From assembly GCA_032718475.1 (NCBI GenBank), contig JAUCBJ010003982.1:1-51032 (forward strand): a stretch of DNA of 51,032 nucleotides, given 5' to 3'. This stretch comes from Nemertoderma westbladi (Eukaryota > Animalia > Xenacoelomorpha). Below the pieces are notes generated by a model. It saw only the letters and a program-made list of their open reading frames with translations. It was not told the DNA's origin and ran no database searches. Below, piece after piece: positions 1-12,241 of this stretch. Each line of letters opens with the position of its first letter. Positions within the stretch are counted from its first letter, which is position 1. The position numbers and the translations under genes are program-made.

Positions 1-2314
1 TACGATATGAGCCAGTATCCCTACGATATGAGCCAGTATCCCTACGATATGCGCCAGTATCCCTACGATATGAGCCAGTATCCCTACGATATGAGCCAGT
101 ATAGTATCCCTACGATATGAGCCAGTATCCCTACGATATGAGCCAGTATCCCTACGATATGCGCCAGTATCCCTACGATATGAGCCAGTATCCCTACGAT
201 ATGTGCCAGTATCCCTACGATATGAGCCAGTATAGTATCCCTACGATATGAGCCAGTATCCCTACGATATGCGCCAGTATCCCTACGATATGAGCCAGTA
301 TCCCTACGATATGAGCCAGTATAGTATCCCTACGATATGAGCCAGTATCCCTACGATATGTGCCAGTATCCCTACGATATGAGCCAGTATAGTATCCCTA
401 CGATATGAGCCAGTATCCCTACGATATGAGCCAGTATCCCTACGATATGCGCCAGTATCCCTACGATATGAGCCAGTATCCCTACGATATGAGCCAGTAT
501 AGTATCCCTACGATATGAGCCAGTATCCCTACGATATGCGCCAGTATCCCTACGATATGAGCCAGTATCCCTACGATATGAGCCAGTATCCCTACGATAT
601 GAGCCAGTATCCCTACGATATGAGCCAGTATCCCTACGATATGCGCCAGTATCCCTACGATATGAGCCAGTATCCCTACGATATGAGCCAGTATCCCTAC
701 GATATGAGCCAGTATCCCTACGATATGAGCCAGTATCCCTACGATATGCGCCAGTATCCCTACGATATGAGCCAGTATCCCTACGATATGAGCCAGTATC
801 CCTACGATATGAGCCAGTATCCCTACGATATGCGCCAGTATCCCTACGATTTGAGCCAATATCCCTACGATATGCGCCAGTATCCCTACGATATGAGCCA
901 GTATCCCTACGATATGAGCCAGTATCCCTACGATATGAGCCAGTATCCCTACGATATGAGCCAGTATCCCTACGATATGCGCCAGTATCCCTACGATATG
1001 AGCCAATATCCCTACGATATGAGCCAATATCCCTACGATATGCGCCAGTATCCCTACGATATGAGCCAGTATCCCTACGATATGAGCCAGTATCCCTACG
1101 ATATGAGCCAATATCCCTACGATATGTGCCAATATCCCTACGATATGAGCCAGTATCCCTACGATATGTGCCAATATCCCTACGATATGAGCCAGTATCC
1201 CTACGATATGTGCCAATATCCCTACGATATGTGCCAATATCCCTACGATATGAGCCAGTATCCCTACGATATGTGCCAGTATCCCTACGATATGTGCCAA
1301 TATCCCTACGATATGTGCCAGTATCAATAAACGATATGTGCCAATATCCCTACGATATGTGCCAGTATCCCTACGATATGCGCCAGTATCCCTACGATAT
1401 GCGCCAGTATCCCTACGATATGCGCCAGTATCCCTACGATATGCGCCAATATCCCTACGATATGCGCCAATATCCCTACAATATGAGCCAAAATCCCTAT
1501 GATATGCGCCAATATCCCTACGATATGAGCCAGTATCCCTACGATATGAGCCAGTATCCCTACGATATGCGCCAATATCCCTACGATATGCGCCACTATC
1601 CCTACAATATGAGCCAATATCCCTATGATATGCGCCAATATCCCTACGATATGAGCCAGTATCCCTACGATATGAGCCAGTATCCCTACGATATGAGCCA
1701 GTATCCCTACGATATGCGCCAGTATCCCTACGATATGAGCCAGTATCCCTACGATATGAGCCAGTATCCCTACGATATGAGCCAGTATCCCTACGATATG
1801 AGCCAGTATCCCTACGATATGCGCCAGTATCCCTACGATATGAGCCAGTATCCCTACGATATGAGCCAGTATCCCTACGATATGAGCCAGTATCCCTACG
1901 ATATGCGCCAATATCCCTACGATATGCGCCACTATCCCTACAATATGAGCCAATATCCCTATGATATGCGCCAATATCCCTACGATATGAGCCAGTATCC
2001 CTACGATATGAGCCAATATCCCTACGATATGAGCCAGTATCCCTACGATATGCGCCACTATCCCTACAATATGAGCCAGTATCCCTACGATATGTGCCAG
2101 TATCCCTACGATATGTGCCAATATCCCTACGATATGTGCCAGTATCAATAAACGATATGTGCCAATATCCCTACGATATGAGCCAGTATCCCTACGATAT
2201 GTGCCAGTATCCCTACGATATGCGCCAGTATCCCTACGATATGAGCCAGTATCCCTACGATATGAGCCAGTATCCCTACGATATGTGCCAATATCCCTAC
2301 GATATGCGCCAGTA
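1..2314. repeat. 21-bp minisatellite (consensus CAGTATCCCTACGATATG[A/C/T]GC), about 110 copies, open at the window start
   Basis: Direct tandem repeat. Some units in 1-505 carry a 5-bp insertion (CAGTATAGTATCCC), and a variant CAGTATCAATAAACGAT occurs at about 1320 and 2141. The ORFs YPYDMSQ and ILAHIVG are products of the 21-bp period. Confidence 0.98.
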
Positions 2315-2451
2315 CCATCCCCACTGTCTCTATATCTCCAGCACTTCGTGCAAACTTTAGCTGATGTGTTGCATTTTATTTATTTTTTCGCCATTGTTAT
2401 TTGTGAATGAAATAATGATAAATTTATTTTACATATAGTCGACCATCTTAC

Positions 2452-2487
2452 CTTAGTAGTTCCAGTCTCATTGTAAAACGGAATCAT
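2452..2487 (-). other. Possible small first coding exon of a minus-strand gene running off the left edge
   Basis: Strong donor AAG|GTAAGA on the - strand at 2452/2451, with upstream ATGs at 2487 (MIPFYNETGTTK, phase 0) or 2471 (MRLELL, phase 2). No homology recognised. Confidence 0.25.
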
Positions 2488-3155
2488 TGGATAACGGTGA
2501 TCTATAGGAACTACAATGAGTAAAGAACCGATCCGTTCACAGTTAGTCCCTTTCTTCTCGCGGCGAGATCACAGAAAACTGTTAATAATAGCTAATGATA
2601 AAAATATATAGGTATAAACGCGCCGGTTGGTATTAGTTAGCTGGTTGGTATACAAGATCCCTGCGTGGGTGGGAGGGTGGGTGGCCTAGGGCTCCGTACA
2701 TGGGTGAACCCCTTTGTGTGTCTGACTCATTACATAATGAGGGAGGCCCCTCCATTCTCTCTGCCCTTCCCTTTATGTTCACGTAGGCTCCCCTTTTCTG
2801 CTAATTTCTCTCATTAGCCTGTTTCTTATCTGCCTGGGGGTCACCGTACGTTCATGTGATCTCGAGTAAAGGTGGATTATGAACGTACGTGTTTGTTCGT
2901 TATAATACCGTGTTTGTCACTCCAAAGTTTATCAGTTTACAAGGAGTCAACTTAACGTACATTCTTTTATATAATTTACACAAAATATAATGCGAATTGT
3001 GTAATATTTAATCCGTTTGTTAAAGATAATAAGTATATTTATATAAGACAACGTAGGAGAAATTATTATGATTTAAATTTATAGAAAATTAATTTTATAT
3101 AAAAACTATCGACCATAAAAAAGAAACTTTTGGAAATCAATATTTATTTAGCAAT

Positions 3156-5216
3156 ATGAAATATTTATTGATAAATATCTTGCTAGCAATACCATTGGTT
3201 GTTGCTGTGCTACCACGTGAGACTCGTCAGTGGTCCCCAAAACAAAAACGTCCTGTAGACGACCGCTGCTCACATTGGGTGCTCCTAGTTGAGGACGACT
3301 TCTCGATTGATCATCTGTCGCCTCAGATCTCCTGCAAACCAACACCTTTAGGCTCCCACTATCTCAATTGCACCGATTGTAACTCTTCGTCACCATCTAA
3401 CGAGAAAATAAGAAATCGACAGTCTCTATGGAGTTTGTTGCTAAGTCGTTTGGGTGTGAAACGAATTATAACCCAGAAATCATTAAAAAGAGTAAAAAAA
3501 CGAGTTATTTTACAAGATGATGTTACAAACCCAAAATCAAACCCGTCTAAAAGGTCGAAATTTAGCAAACAAAGTTGGTACCTTTCTGCCATGAATATAA
3601 CAGGAGCTTGGAAGGCTGGATACACAGGTCGAGGTATCGTTGTAGCGGTTGTAGATGATGGTGTAGACTTCCAACACCCCGATCTATCGGCGAACTACCG
3701 TTCGAACGCGAGTTACGACTTCAATGAATGGGATACCATCCCTCTGCCTCGTAAATGGAGTGGCCTGCACGCGGCCGCCCATCACGGGACCAGATGCGCG
3801 GGTTTGATAGCGTCCGAAGGCAACATCTGCAACGTGGGTATCGCCCACGGGGCGTCGTTCTCGGCGATACGACTTCTAGACGCGACCATTACGGACGCCC
3901 ACGAGGCCGCAGCTCTCGAATCGAATCTCAACTCTATCGATATTTACAGCAGCTCGTGGGGTCCGGAGGATTCCGGGAACAACGTCGACGGTCCGGGGGA
4001 GTTGACTACGGCGACGCTAAAGAAAGGCGCGACTACCGGGCGAGTGCGCAATGGGTCCGCTAGAGGCGCTGTGTACGTGTGGGCCGCCGGGAATGGGGGC
4101 AACTCTGACGACAGCTGTGGTTGCGATGGTTACACCAATAGTATCTATACTATATCAGTGAGCGGGGTGACTGAGTTTGGCAATATTCCCAGCTTTCTAG
4201 AACCTTGTGCTAGCACCATGGCAGCCACATCCGCATGCGGTGATGTGAGTATTGGAGAAGCCTCCACGATTCTAACAACGGATTTAGGTAACGCCTGTAA
4301 GGAATGGCCTACAGGTACGTCAGCTTCAGCACCCATGGCGTCAGCGATAATCGCTCTAGTCTTAGAAGCGAACCCAGATTTAGGATGGCGAGATATTCAG
4401 CACATTGTGGTGCAATCTGCGGATCCAACTGCCATTCACAGCGGTAAATGGTCGGTGAACGGGGCTGGACTCAATGTCAGTCACGAATTCGGATTCGGTT
4501 TAATGAACGCCGGTTTGATGGTGGAATTGGCGCGAAATTGGCGTCGTGTTCCGGAACAGCATATTTGTAAAGCCGTTGTAGATGATAGGCACTTGTCAGT
4601 GCATCGTATTTCTAGGGCGCGGGCGATGAAACTCAATTTCTTGGTGAAAAACTGCGCGATAGAAAATGTGGAACACGTTATTGTTGAGTTGTCGCTCCAG
4701 TCGAATCTCCGTGGGAGTCTACAGTTGCATTTAACGTCACCAAGTGGTACTCAGTCCCGACTGCTAACACCCCGTCGTAAAGACGTACACAGAGGCGCTT
4801 TTGAGAATTGGCCATTCCTATCAGTCCACCATTGGGGGGAACATCCTAATGGACGTTGGAGATTCCACGTTTATAATTTTAATCAAAAGAAAAACCGCGT
4901 TAATGTTCGGAGATTGTCGTTGCGTTTGTACGGCACCGAGAAATATTCGGGGGAATTTAGCGGTACATCGCGAACTGAGAGTACCTCGACTCACACAGCA
5001 ACGAGCGAGACCACGATTAATACGTCTATAAGTAAGGTAGCAACCGTAACCAATGGGGTGACATCACCGGTTGCTATGGAGAGAGAGACTGTAACAGCTC
5101 CGTTCGTGGATCAATTTCGCATAAATTCAACAACATCAGGTGAATTATTGTTTCAATTTCCCTCAAACTCAACAGGAAATTCTCAGGTACATACTAATAT
5201 TTCTGCAACATATTGA
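3156..5216 (+). CDS. Proprotein convertase subtilisin/kexin-type (furin/PC-like S8B protease with P domain), single exon, 686 aa
   Basis: Signal peptide (MKYLLINILLAIPLVVA); prodomain ending KRVKKR; catalytic Asp (VVDDG), His (HGTRCAG), oxyanion Asn (AAGNGG) and Ser (GTSASAP); SWGPED and FGFGLMNA motifs; P domain (VEHV..LTSPSGT..WPFLSVHHWGE..LYGT); Ser/Thr-rich tail. Confidence 0.95.
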   Translation: MKYLLINILLAIPLVVAVLPRETRQWSPKQKRPVDDRCSHWVLLVEDDFSIDHLSPQISCKPTPLGSHYLNCTDCNSSSPSNEKIRNRQSLWSLLLSRLGVKRIITQKSLKRVKKRVILQDDVTNPKSNPSKRSKFSKQSWYLSAMNITGAWKAGYTGRGIVVAVVDDGVDFQHPDLSANYRSNASYDFNEWDTIPLPRKWSGLHAAAHHGTRCAGLIASEGNICNVGIAHGASFSAIRLLDATITDAHEAAALESNLNSIDIYSSSWGPEDSGNNVDGPGELTTATLKKGATTGRVRNGSARGAVYVWAAGNGGNSDDSCGCDGYTNSIYTISVSGVTEFGNIPSFLEPCASTMAATSACGDVSIGEASTILTTDLGNACKEWPTGTSASAPMASAIIALVLEANPDLGWRDIQHIVVQSADPTAIHSGKWSVNGAGLNVSHEFGFGLMNAGLMVELARNWRRVPEQHICKAVVDDRHLSVHRISRARAMKLNFLVKNCAIENVEHVIVELSLQSNLRGSLQLHLTSPSGTQSRLLTPRRKDVHRGAFENWPFLSVHHWGEHPNGRWRFHVYNFNQKKNRVNVRRLSLRLYGTEKYSGEFSGTSRTESTSTHTATSETTINTSISKVATVTNGVTSPVAMERETVTAPFVDQFRINSTTSGELLFQFPSNSTGNSQVHTNISATY

Positions 5217-5217
5217 A

Positions 5218-5223
5218 AATAAA
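5218..5223 (+). terminator. Candidate polyadenylation signal AATAAA of the convertase gene
   Basis: AATAAA immediately after the TGA stop, followed by T-rich sequence. Confidence 0.4.
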
Positions 5224-6989
5224 CAAATAACAACAATTCACGCAAAAATCTAAAAATATACTGAAAACTCACGTGATTAATTGTTTTTTATTTATTTTCG
5301 TAATATTTAATGAGCTTGTCGTATTTTTTATTGTTTTGATCTCTTGTGAGTTGTGATTATTTTTAGATTCCGAATATTATTTAGTTTAATGTAGATTCAC
5401 ATTGTAATAAATCACTCGAATTATCCTTTTTCTTATATAAAACACAATCGGACGAGAAGCATAAATATGCAACTTGGAAGTTGGTTTGTATTTGTAAAGT
5501 CCTATAATCTAGCACTTTATAAGACTGCAGTGCGTGACGTTATAAAATATGAATACCAGTGAGGATTATAGGGAAGATTAGTATGTATATCAATTGCTAT
5601 ATTTCTATACATATTATTCTATTATAGACATAATCCTGTCACCGCACAGCACAGACTTTGTAATCGTTAAACCTTTGGTAAAATAATTAATGTGGGGCGT
5701 GCCATAAAGTGTGCGATTTCGGTATATATAGATACCGCTGTTTCAACCATTACCCAAAGAATGCCAGGAAATTTATTGCAGTTTATATATTCCAGAACGT
5801 GAGGCCAATTAAATGAGTAAGGCACAGAAACTTTCGCGAAGAATCCGTCAGTTTCTGTGCCCTAATGAATTAAATTAGGATCTTTGGAATTCGGATGTAC
5901 TGTAACAGCTGTACCTGGAAGAAAGAGTGGAGGAAATCTTTTGTCCCACCCCCACCCCCTTTCTCATCTTGTATTAGTTTCTTGTTGTTCTCCGCTTAGC
6001 CATTCAATATATTTTAGTATTTTTGTTACATATATATTTGAAGAATTGTTTGTAATAAATAATAAATAAATATATTTCCACCACCTAACAACAACAGCAG
6101 TACCCATGTGAACATAGTTTATTGGAAATAGTAGGCTATATTTTGTTGCAAAGGTCTTCAAAGCAGAAACCAGTGCTGCAGTCGTTATATTGTTGACAAA
6201 TAAAACGTTCTAAAGAATCGAAATCTACAGAAGCAGCACGAGATAGTAAGTTGCTCATTTTTCCCGCAGTTACGCAATAAAGTGCTTTTCCATCTCCTAA
6301 GGTCAAAGTCTGAAATAAGAATACAACATTACCATTAGTGTAGCAATATAATAATAATTGTATGTACTGTATCAGTAATCAGTTGACGATAGTCAGCTGA
6401 TTAGTAGGTTTCCTACACCACAGGGTCCTTTATGCCAGACAAGGAAAATGACAATATAAGTCCCAAAAGTACTCTAGTAACCAATGAATGCCAATATATA
6501 CCTACCTATACAGTACAGGAAGGCCACTTTGTACTCTCTTACAATGTAGTAACCATGTTCGCGCTTTTAGACCTTTAGCAGTTTAACCTGCCAATTTTAA
6601 TTGTCTTTTTTGTATATCAATTATTTAATGTACTGAAGTTACATCAGCCGAAGCCAGTCTGTGCGCGATCATTCACCCACAGTTAAGGGAGACTGGATTC
6701 GGATGCTTTGATATTGATTGCAGTGTAGACCTACTGTATTATTCGATTGATCGTTACTATATAATCTCTGACAATATATTTACTTTCGGGGAAATATTAA
6801 CAGTTCCTTTAGGACGTGGCGCTTTAAGTATAAAAACAGAGTTATGACTTATACTAATCACAACTAGATGGCTATTGATTCACGTATAAAGCGCATTCTT
6901 TAGGAGATGCTTTGTTATCTGTCACAATCATGCACACTACCGTACAATGCTGCACACCGATCTGCCGACCTTCACTAATTTTAGTCACA

Positions 6990-7688
6990 TGTAAAGAGAA
7001 CAGCAACCGACACATGTAGTGCCTATGAAATAGCATTAGATTCACTCCAGAACCAATATAATGTAAGTCGCAGTTGCTACCGGTAAACCTGTTCCTCTCA
7101 CCTTCAGTAATCAAGAAGATTGGGGGTTTTATGATTATTCATCGGTATTCTCCAAATATATCAGCAATATACATTAATATCACAACAATTAATAACAGAA
7201 GTAAAATAATGCGGTGATGTATGTATGTCTGTATGATGTATGTATGTGTGTATGTATACAGTCAGTATGTATTACTTATGCAGTGTTCCATGTGCCGCAA
7301 TGTTCAATGTGTTAATAGTTTTACGTTCTTGTAATCAAAGCCATCAGATGTTTAGGCCAAAGTCTGAAACTTCCACAACAGAAAAGTACAGAAGATTTCC
7401 AAGCCGGTTCTTAGGCTCAGAAAGGTAAACAAAGACCGTAATGCATTGCGCGGTTTTCCATAGGCCTCTGTCCAACATAAGGGGGAAAATCGCTCTGATT
7501 GGCTGACTAGGCAGAACAAAGAAAAGTTCCACGTCTACAGGAAATCAGCTGACAGATTTCGTCATCTGAGCTCCGATCTTTTAGAGTATTATGCGCATTG
7601 CGGCAAAAATGACTTGTTATGTCCGCAAAAGCACCTACACTGCGCATTGCGGGAAAAATGACTTGTTATGTCCGCAAAAGCTTTTACA
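6990..7688 (-). repeat. Candidate 3' LTR of the BEL/Pao element (boundaries unconfirmed)
   Basis: On the - strand a purine run GGGAGCGG is followed by TGTAAAAG at 7688, and a matching inverted terminus (TGTAAAG on +) lies at 6990. It contains a duplicated motif (7592-7681) and a CCAAT box (7498-7502, - strand). No second LTR is in the window to confirm it. Confidence 0.3.
7592..7681. repeat. Two-copy direct repeat, 49-bp period (TGCGCATTGCGG.AAAAATGACTTGTTATGTCCGCAAAAGC)
   Basis: Near-identical copies start at 7592 and 7641. Confidence 0.9.
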
Positions 7689-7765
7689 CCGCTCCCAGAA
7701 AATGGGATTTAAGTCTATAAAATATAAAAATCACAGTTTCTAAAATATAAAAATACTCTAAACGA

Positions 7766-9970
7766 TTAGTCCTTCTTACATAAATGGCGTTTAAGAAGTT
7801 TTTTGAGGCTAGCAAGAGTCCTTTTCTCTTTGGGGCGAGCCACTTTACTAGGAGGGCTATAACTCCTGGGTGAAGGGTGCAATACAATTGCATCGGAAGG
7901 TTTAGGGTTACGGTTTGGTGTATCTGCCGGTCGAGGTACCCGGTTGATCGATATCAACCTCAGTGGAACGAGGTCGAACAACCTTTAGAGCGTGTTTCAA
8001 GACAGCAGCTCTTACTGGTCCCCGACAGGTCGTTTGCACGAGAGCAGTAGGTGGACCGTGAGTAGTGAGAAATTTCCTCGGTTTGATGGTTTTTTCCAAC
8101 TCGCATTCTCGGGCTCTATATTCATATGGTTGTCTATGAACTTCTTGTAGCTCTGGATGCGAGCTTATGAACAAGTCACCGTGGGATTTATCAATGGTAG
8201 AAACTTTAAACTGTATGTAGGGTCTTCCGGTTTCACCATATAATATTGAGTTAAATTGACATAATAAGGATGGTCTTTGATCCCATAAAATGAGTTCGGT
8301 AAAGGTCTAGCGCGTAGGTTGACCTCGTGTACCATACGACGGACAAGATCCGCTCGATTTTCCGGAGGTTCAACGAGTATACCGTCGACACGAGCGGCCT
8401 CGATTGGTGGACGTTGTAACATAGGAGCGTCAGCAATAAGATCTCTAGATCTTAGGTTGATATCAACCGGCTGGGGTTGTACCGTGGCGAAGAGTTTGTC
8501 TCCGAAATGGGGAACCATTAAAGGATGAATAATGGTTTTGGAATATAGATCAGTCATAAGGATTTGAGCTTCTGGCTGGGCTAAAGATGCTTCTTCTCTC
8601 TCGTCCATTTCGATATGCTTCTCCTCGAGCTGATTTTCCTCTGCTTGTCGCTGGAAGCGTTCGTCTAAAAACTCTTGTAGAGAGTAGGTTCGTCCAAGTT
8701 CGATGTCCTCCTCGAGATTCTGGATTTCTCGATCAAACTGAGGTAAAGCTAATTCTTTTACCGCTTGGACTTGCTGCTGCAATTTACGTTTATCCCAGCA
8801 ATCGTAAGTTCCTTTTCTGATCTTTTGCCGAATAGCGTCTAATGCGTTTCGTACAACGCTCTCCTCCACCTCGGTGACGGGTTGTATCGGGGTTAAACCG
8901 GGACGATTATACGGGTTGAACGGCGATATTAAATATCCGCGTCCCAATCCGGCTAGTTAGGATGGGCGAATATCTAGAGATCTCAATACCGGAGTGCAAC
9001 CGATTAATTGTTCGGGTAACACTAGATCTTTGAACAGTGAGTACAGTTCAGGAGGATCCGTTATACTATTAGGATCAAGAGTCTGAGGTCTCACCAGGGA
9101 GTGAGGAGGTCTGACCGAGTATTCCGGAACTCTGATCATCGGTTTATTTAAGGATCGTTTGAGTCGAGCGAGCGTAGGTGATACGTCGAACAAGTTTCGC
9201 TCGAAACTCCCATAAGTACAGCGAGTAAAACTGTGTTTAGCGCAACGTCTCCGCAGATGTTTATGTCTTTCCGTTTGTTGGTTGGGTCTAGGGCATTCAT
9301 CGCAATAATACCAAAGACGCACGTCTTGTAGGGGAAACGCTGGTGATCTTTCTCCAGTTTTACAATATTCCTCCATCTGTTCGAAGCTATCCGGGACAAC
9401 AGGTAGCGGTCGATCGGCGGTAAGATACATCATAGTGAAATAGAGTCGTTTGAGTTCTATCATAGGGCTATGATGTATACCTTGAGGATATTGAGTTTCT
9501 AGATTTTGTTGACTGGCTACATTGAGATATGTTTCTCTCAGGAATTCCAAATATTCGTTGAAGTCACTGCGTTTATCTGGCTCTTCAACATCTTCTCTTT
9601 CTAGCCGGTTTCGAATAGAATTTTCATGTTCTATTCTCAGTTTATCGTTCCGACTCCGATGGGTATGATATTTAAATAGAACCATTTCCCTGTCGGTGTC
9701 TACATCATCCGTATCGTGTAAATCGATAGGATGACCAGTAGTTAAGAAGTCCATATACGTACCATTACGATGCGTATAGCGAACGGTGAATTTTCTATAG
9801 TCCAATTCACCCGTGAGCTGTTCCTTTAACATTGGCGGTTCGATATAACGGCCATCGTCCTCCGTAGTAGGTTGACTAGCGTCGCCACTTATTAAACTAT
9901 CAACAAACGCTTGCAATGGTAGGTTATAACGCTCCCTGATACCAAGATCATCTTCTATCAACTCCGTCAT
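7766..9970 (-). pseudogene. Disrupted accessory ORF A of unknown function (about 735 codons), downstream of and co-oriented with the BEL/Pao integrase
   Basis: ORFs 8957-9970 and 8165-8947 share a frame and are split by one TAA. Fragments 7908-8174 and 7766-7981 continue it via frameshifts. It has a Cys/His cluster (CDEC..HKH..C..H..C), a Glu/Gln-rich helical middle and a basic C-terminal tail. The C-terminal part aligns with ORF B at about 19400-20027. Confidence 0.7.
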
Positions 9971-10793
9971 AGCTGCTACATGAGTTTATCAATATTATAA
10001 TTAATTATAATTTAGGCTAGCGGTCGTCGCTGCCTCCCCCTCAATGCCCCCGGACAGTGCAAGATCCTCAGCGCTGATGTACTGTCGTCGCCGTGCCTCT
10101 CGCCAACGCAGTAGCTACACAACGACAACAATAACCAGCGTGAGTCACTCCACTGTCTGTCCCAAGGGCTTAGAATTACTTCAGGTTCTTGCTACAGAGG
10201 TAGGGCAACTTTCACAACTGCGACTCGCTACTGTAAACACACTTTAGTAGTAACATTCACCTATAAATGCACAAATTCCACACAACTGTCACAAATTGTA
10301 CACATTCGGGCCATTTGTCCGTTAGTCAAGTGCTTTCCAGAATGCCACGTTATTATTATGTATCCCTGGATACTAGCAGTATGCTATTTATTCCGTATGC
10401 TATTCAATCGGGCAAGCTTTCTATTGTTCTTTTAACTTGCTTCTAATTCTAGCATGGTTGTTGCTATGGTGACATTATGGAAAGCTAGCAGTAGAATTAG
10501 GGTAATTCTCATGCATGCAGATCTGGGATGCTATTTAATAGTAATTCTTTAATTGTCAATATTCCCCTTTATACATGATTTTATGGATTTTATCGGCTAT
10601 TGACTATACATTGGAGATTCTCGTACACTAATATACTTAATAGGGTGAATCTCCGCTCCCATGATCTATTAATTAATGGAATTTTGGGAATGTTATAAAT
10701 TGTATAAAATGACAATTTATCAAATTCATGAGAGGATATGAATTGAAAATTTATTTCTGTAAATTTTATTATTTAATATTAAAATAGACACAA

Positions 10794-11180
10794 TTTTATT
10801 CCAGAGCATGTCTGGGGACTAGGATCCTCAATTCTTGGAAATTTGTCCTTTTAAGAGTATCGGTAAGTGCTACGATATCTTAATTGACTAGAATTTTAAA
10901 GGATCTGAATTTTAACAGATTTTTGTTTTATAGATTTTCTTGGTTTACAAACTCCTTAGAGTTTATTTGTATGCATTTACTCTATTATAACATTTGTTTT
11001 AATAGATTTTATAAATATTTATTAAATATTTAATATTTGAGATGGGCACAGATTTATTCCAGAACATGTCTGGGGACGTTAACCACTGATTCTAGAATTT
11101 TGTCTTTCAAGTATATCGGTGGGTGCCGCGATATCTTAATCGACTAGAATTGCAGATGGTCAAAGGGTTTAACAGATTTA
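10794..11180. repeat. Two diverged copies of a 130-bp direct repeat (10794-10922 and 11053-11180)
   Basis: Shared TTTATTCCAGA.CATGTCTGGGGAC...TATCGGT..GTGC..CGATATCTTAAT.GACTAGAATT...TTTAACAGATTT. Confidence 0.85.
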
Positions 11181-11319
11181 TTTTGCATTTTACGCTACTG
11201 TTAAATGGACATCATTCTACTATATGTATTATTTAATATACGGCATGAGAGCAATATTGCAAGAAGCAATGTCAGTGAGAAGAGGCAAGTCGTTTCCAAA
11301 AGTAAATTTTCTTCGGCCG

Positions 11320-11562
11320 CTAGGCCAGGGATTACGCACAAAGTCTGACGACTTATTTCCAGTGCGGTCCCCCCAGAACTTTACTCCCCAGAGGAAACTC
11401 TAGTACTCATTTAGCTACCACTTAAGGATGCAAGGCAGAGATGCGCCCTGGCTGGTCCCTTTAAAGCATTCGTGCCGAAACGAAAACTGCCCTGGCCCAT
11501 GTAAGGATCGAACCCACGACCTACAGGAGATGTGAATTCAATGCAACCACTACACCAAGGTG
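11320..11562 (-). mobile_element. tRNA-derived SINE, family 1 (second copy at 29927-30095)
   Basis: - strand A box TGGTGTAGTGG and B box GGTTCGATCC. The body CCAGGGCAGTT..CACGAATGCTTTAA.GGGACCAGCCAGGGCGCATCTCTGCCTTGCATCC..AAATGAGTACT.GAGTTTCCTCTGGGGAGTA is shared with the copy in formin intron 2. The 3' boundary is approximate. Confidence 0.8.
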
Positions 11563-11580
11563 GAACCTTAAAAAAAAAAT

Positions 11581-11822
11581 ATTGGTTATTTATATAGCGC
11601 TTTTCTACGCTCAGCATACTCAAAGCGCTTTTATTATCATTACCCCAGCAAAGCCAGGTTCCCATTATACCGCTGGGTTGACGTAGGCACTAATGTCTAA
11701 AGTGTCTTGCCTAGGGACACAACAGTGCGAAATTTCTACAGCCTTTAGTCAGATTCGAACCTGCGCCACCAAACACTATTGTGTAAGCAGTTCAGGCGCC
11801 GTATCCACTCGGACACTGCGAC
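11581..11822 (-). mobile_element. tRNA(Ser/Leu)-like CORE-type SINE with L2-like 3' tail, family 2
   Basis: - strand head GTCGCAGTGTCCGAGTGG, B box GGTTCGAATCT, CORE-like TGTGTCCCTAGGCAAGACACTT, and tail AAAGCGCTTTGAG..AAAAGCGCTATATAAAT resembling L2-associated SINE tails. Confidence 0.75.
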
Positions 11823-12241
11823 AATATACCAAGGTCTACCCAGAGCTTGGTTTAGCCGAGACACGAGGATCTGAACTTTGCATTCCTAATACTCTACTTA
11901 CCAATAATACTTGAGTATAGTAGGAGCGGTATTGTACTTTAATAAGTACGGACATTTCATCTTACTGTAGTCACGTATTTATAGTATGATATGGACAGTA
12001 AGGAAAGAGAAAAATAATTATTTCTCGCCGTTAAACTAAATATATAATGTTAAATAATTAAGTAATAAACACGAATATATATATATTGCACTAATCTACT
12101 AAATAATCGCTAAAATAATATTCTACTAAATAAAATTAAAGAAAACGATTATAATAAAATTACATAATAATACATACATAAGTATAAAAATAATAAAAAC
12201 AGATATAAAATAATGTAGTCACATACCCACTCCAGACGCTG

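Noticed and set aside
482-2410. Long ORFs (ILAHIVG)n and (YPYDMSQ)n; YPYD resembles the HA epitope tag
   Set aside because: By-products of a 21-bp period, broken by frameshifting units. The HA tag is YPYDVPDYA and there is no vector context.
5821-5861. 12-bp inverted repeat GGCACAGAAACT / AGTTTCTGTGCC
   Set aside because: Real, but too short to assign. It may be a MITE remnant; no TSD or second copy is visible.
6683-6811. Possible TTAA-flanked MITE (TTAAGGGAGACTG ... CAGTTCCTTTAG)
   Set aside because: The termini match only imperfectly and the right TTAA is missing.
7766-9970. ORF A as an envelope gene
   Set aside because: No signal peptide or transmembrane segment, and it has a basic, NLS-like C-terminus.
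11380-11822. Two tRNA genes
   Set aside because: A and B boxes are present but no complete cloverleaf is evident. Both continue into SINE body/tail sequence, and one has a second copy at 29927.
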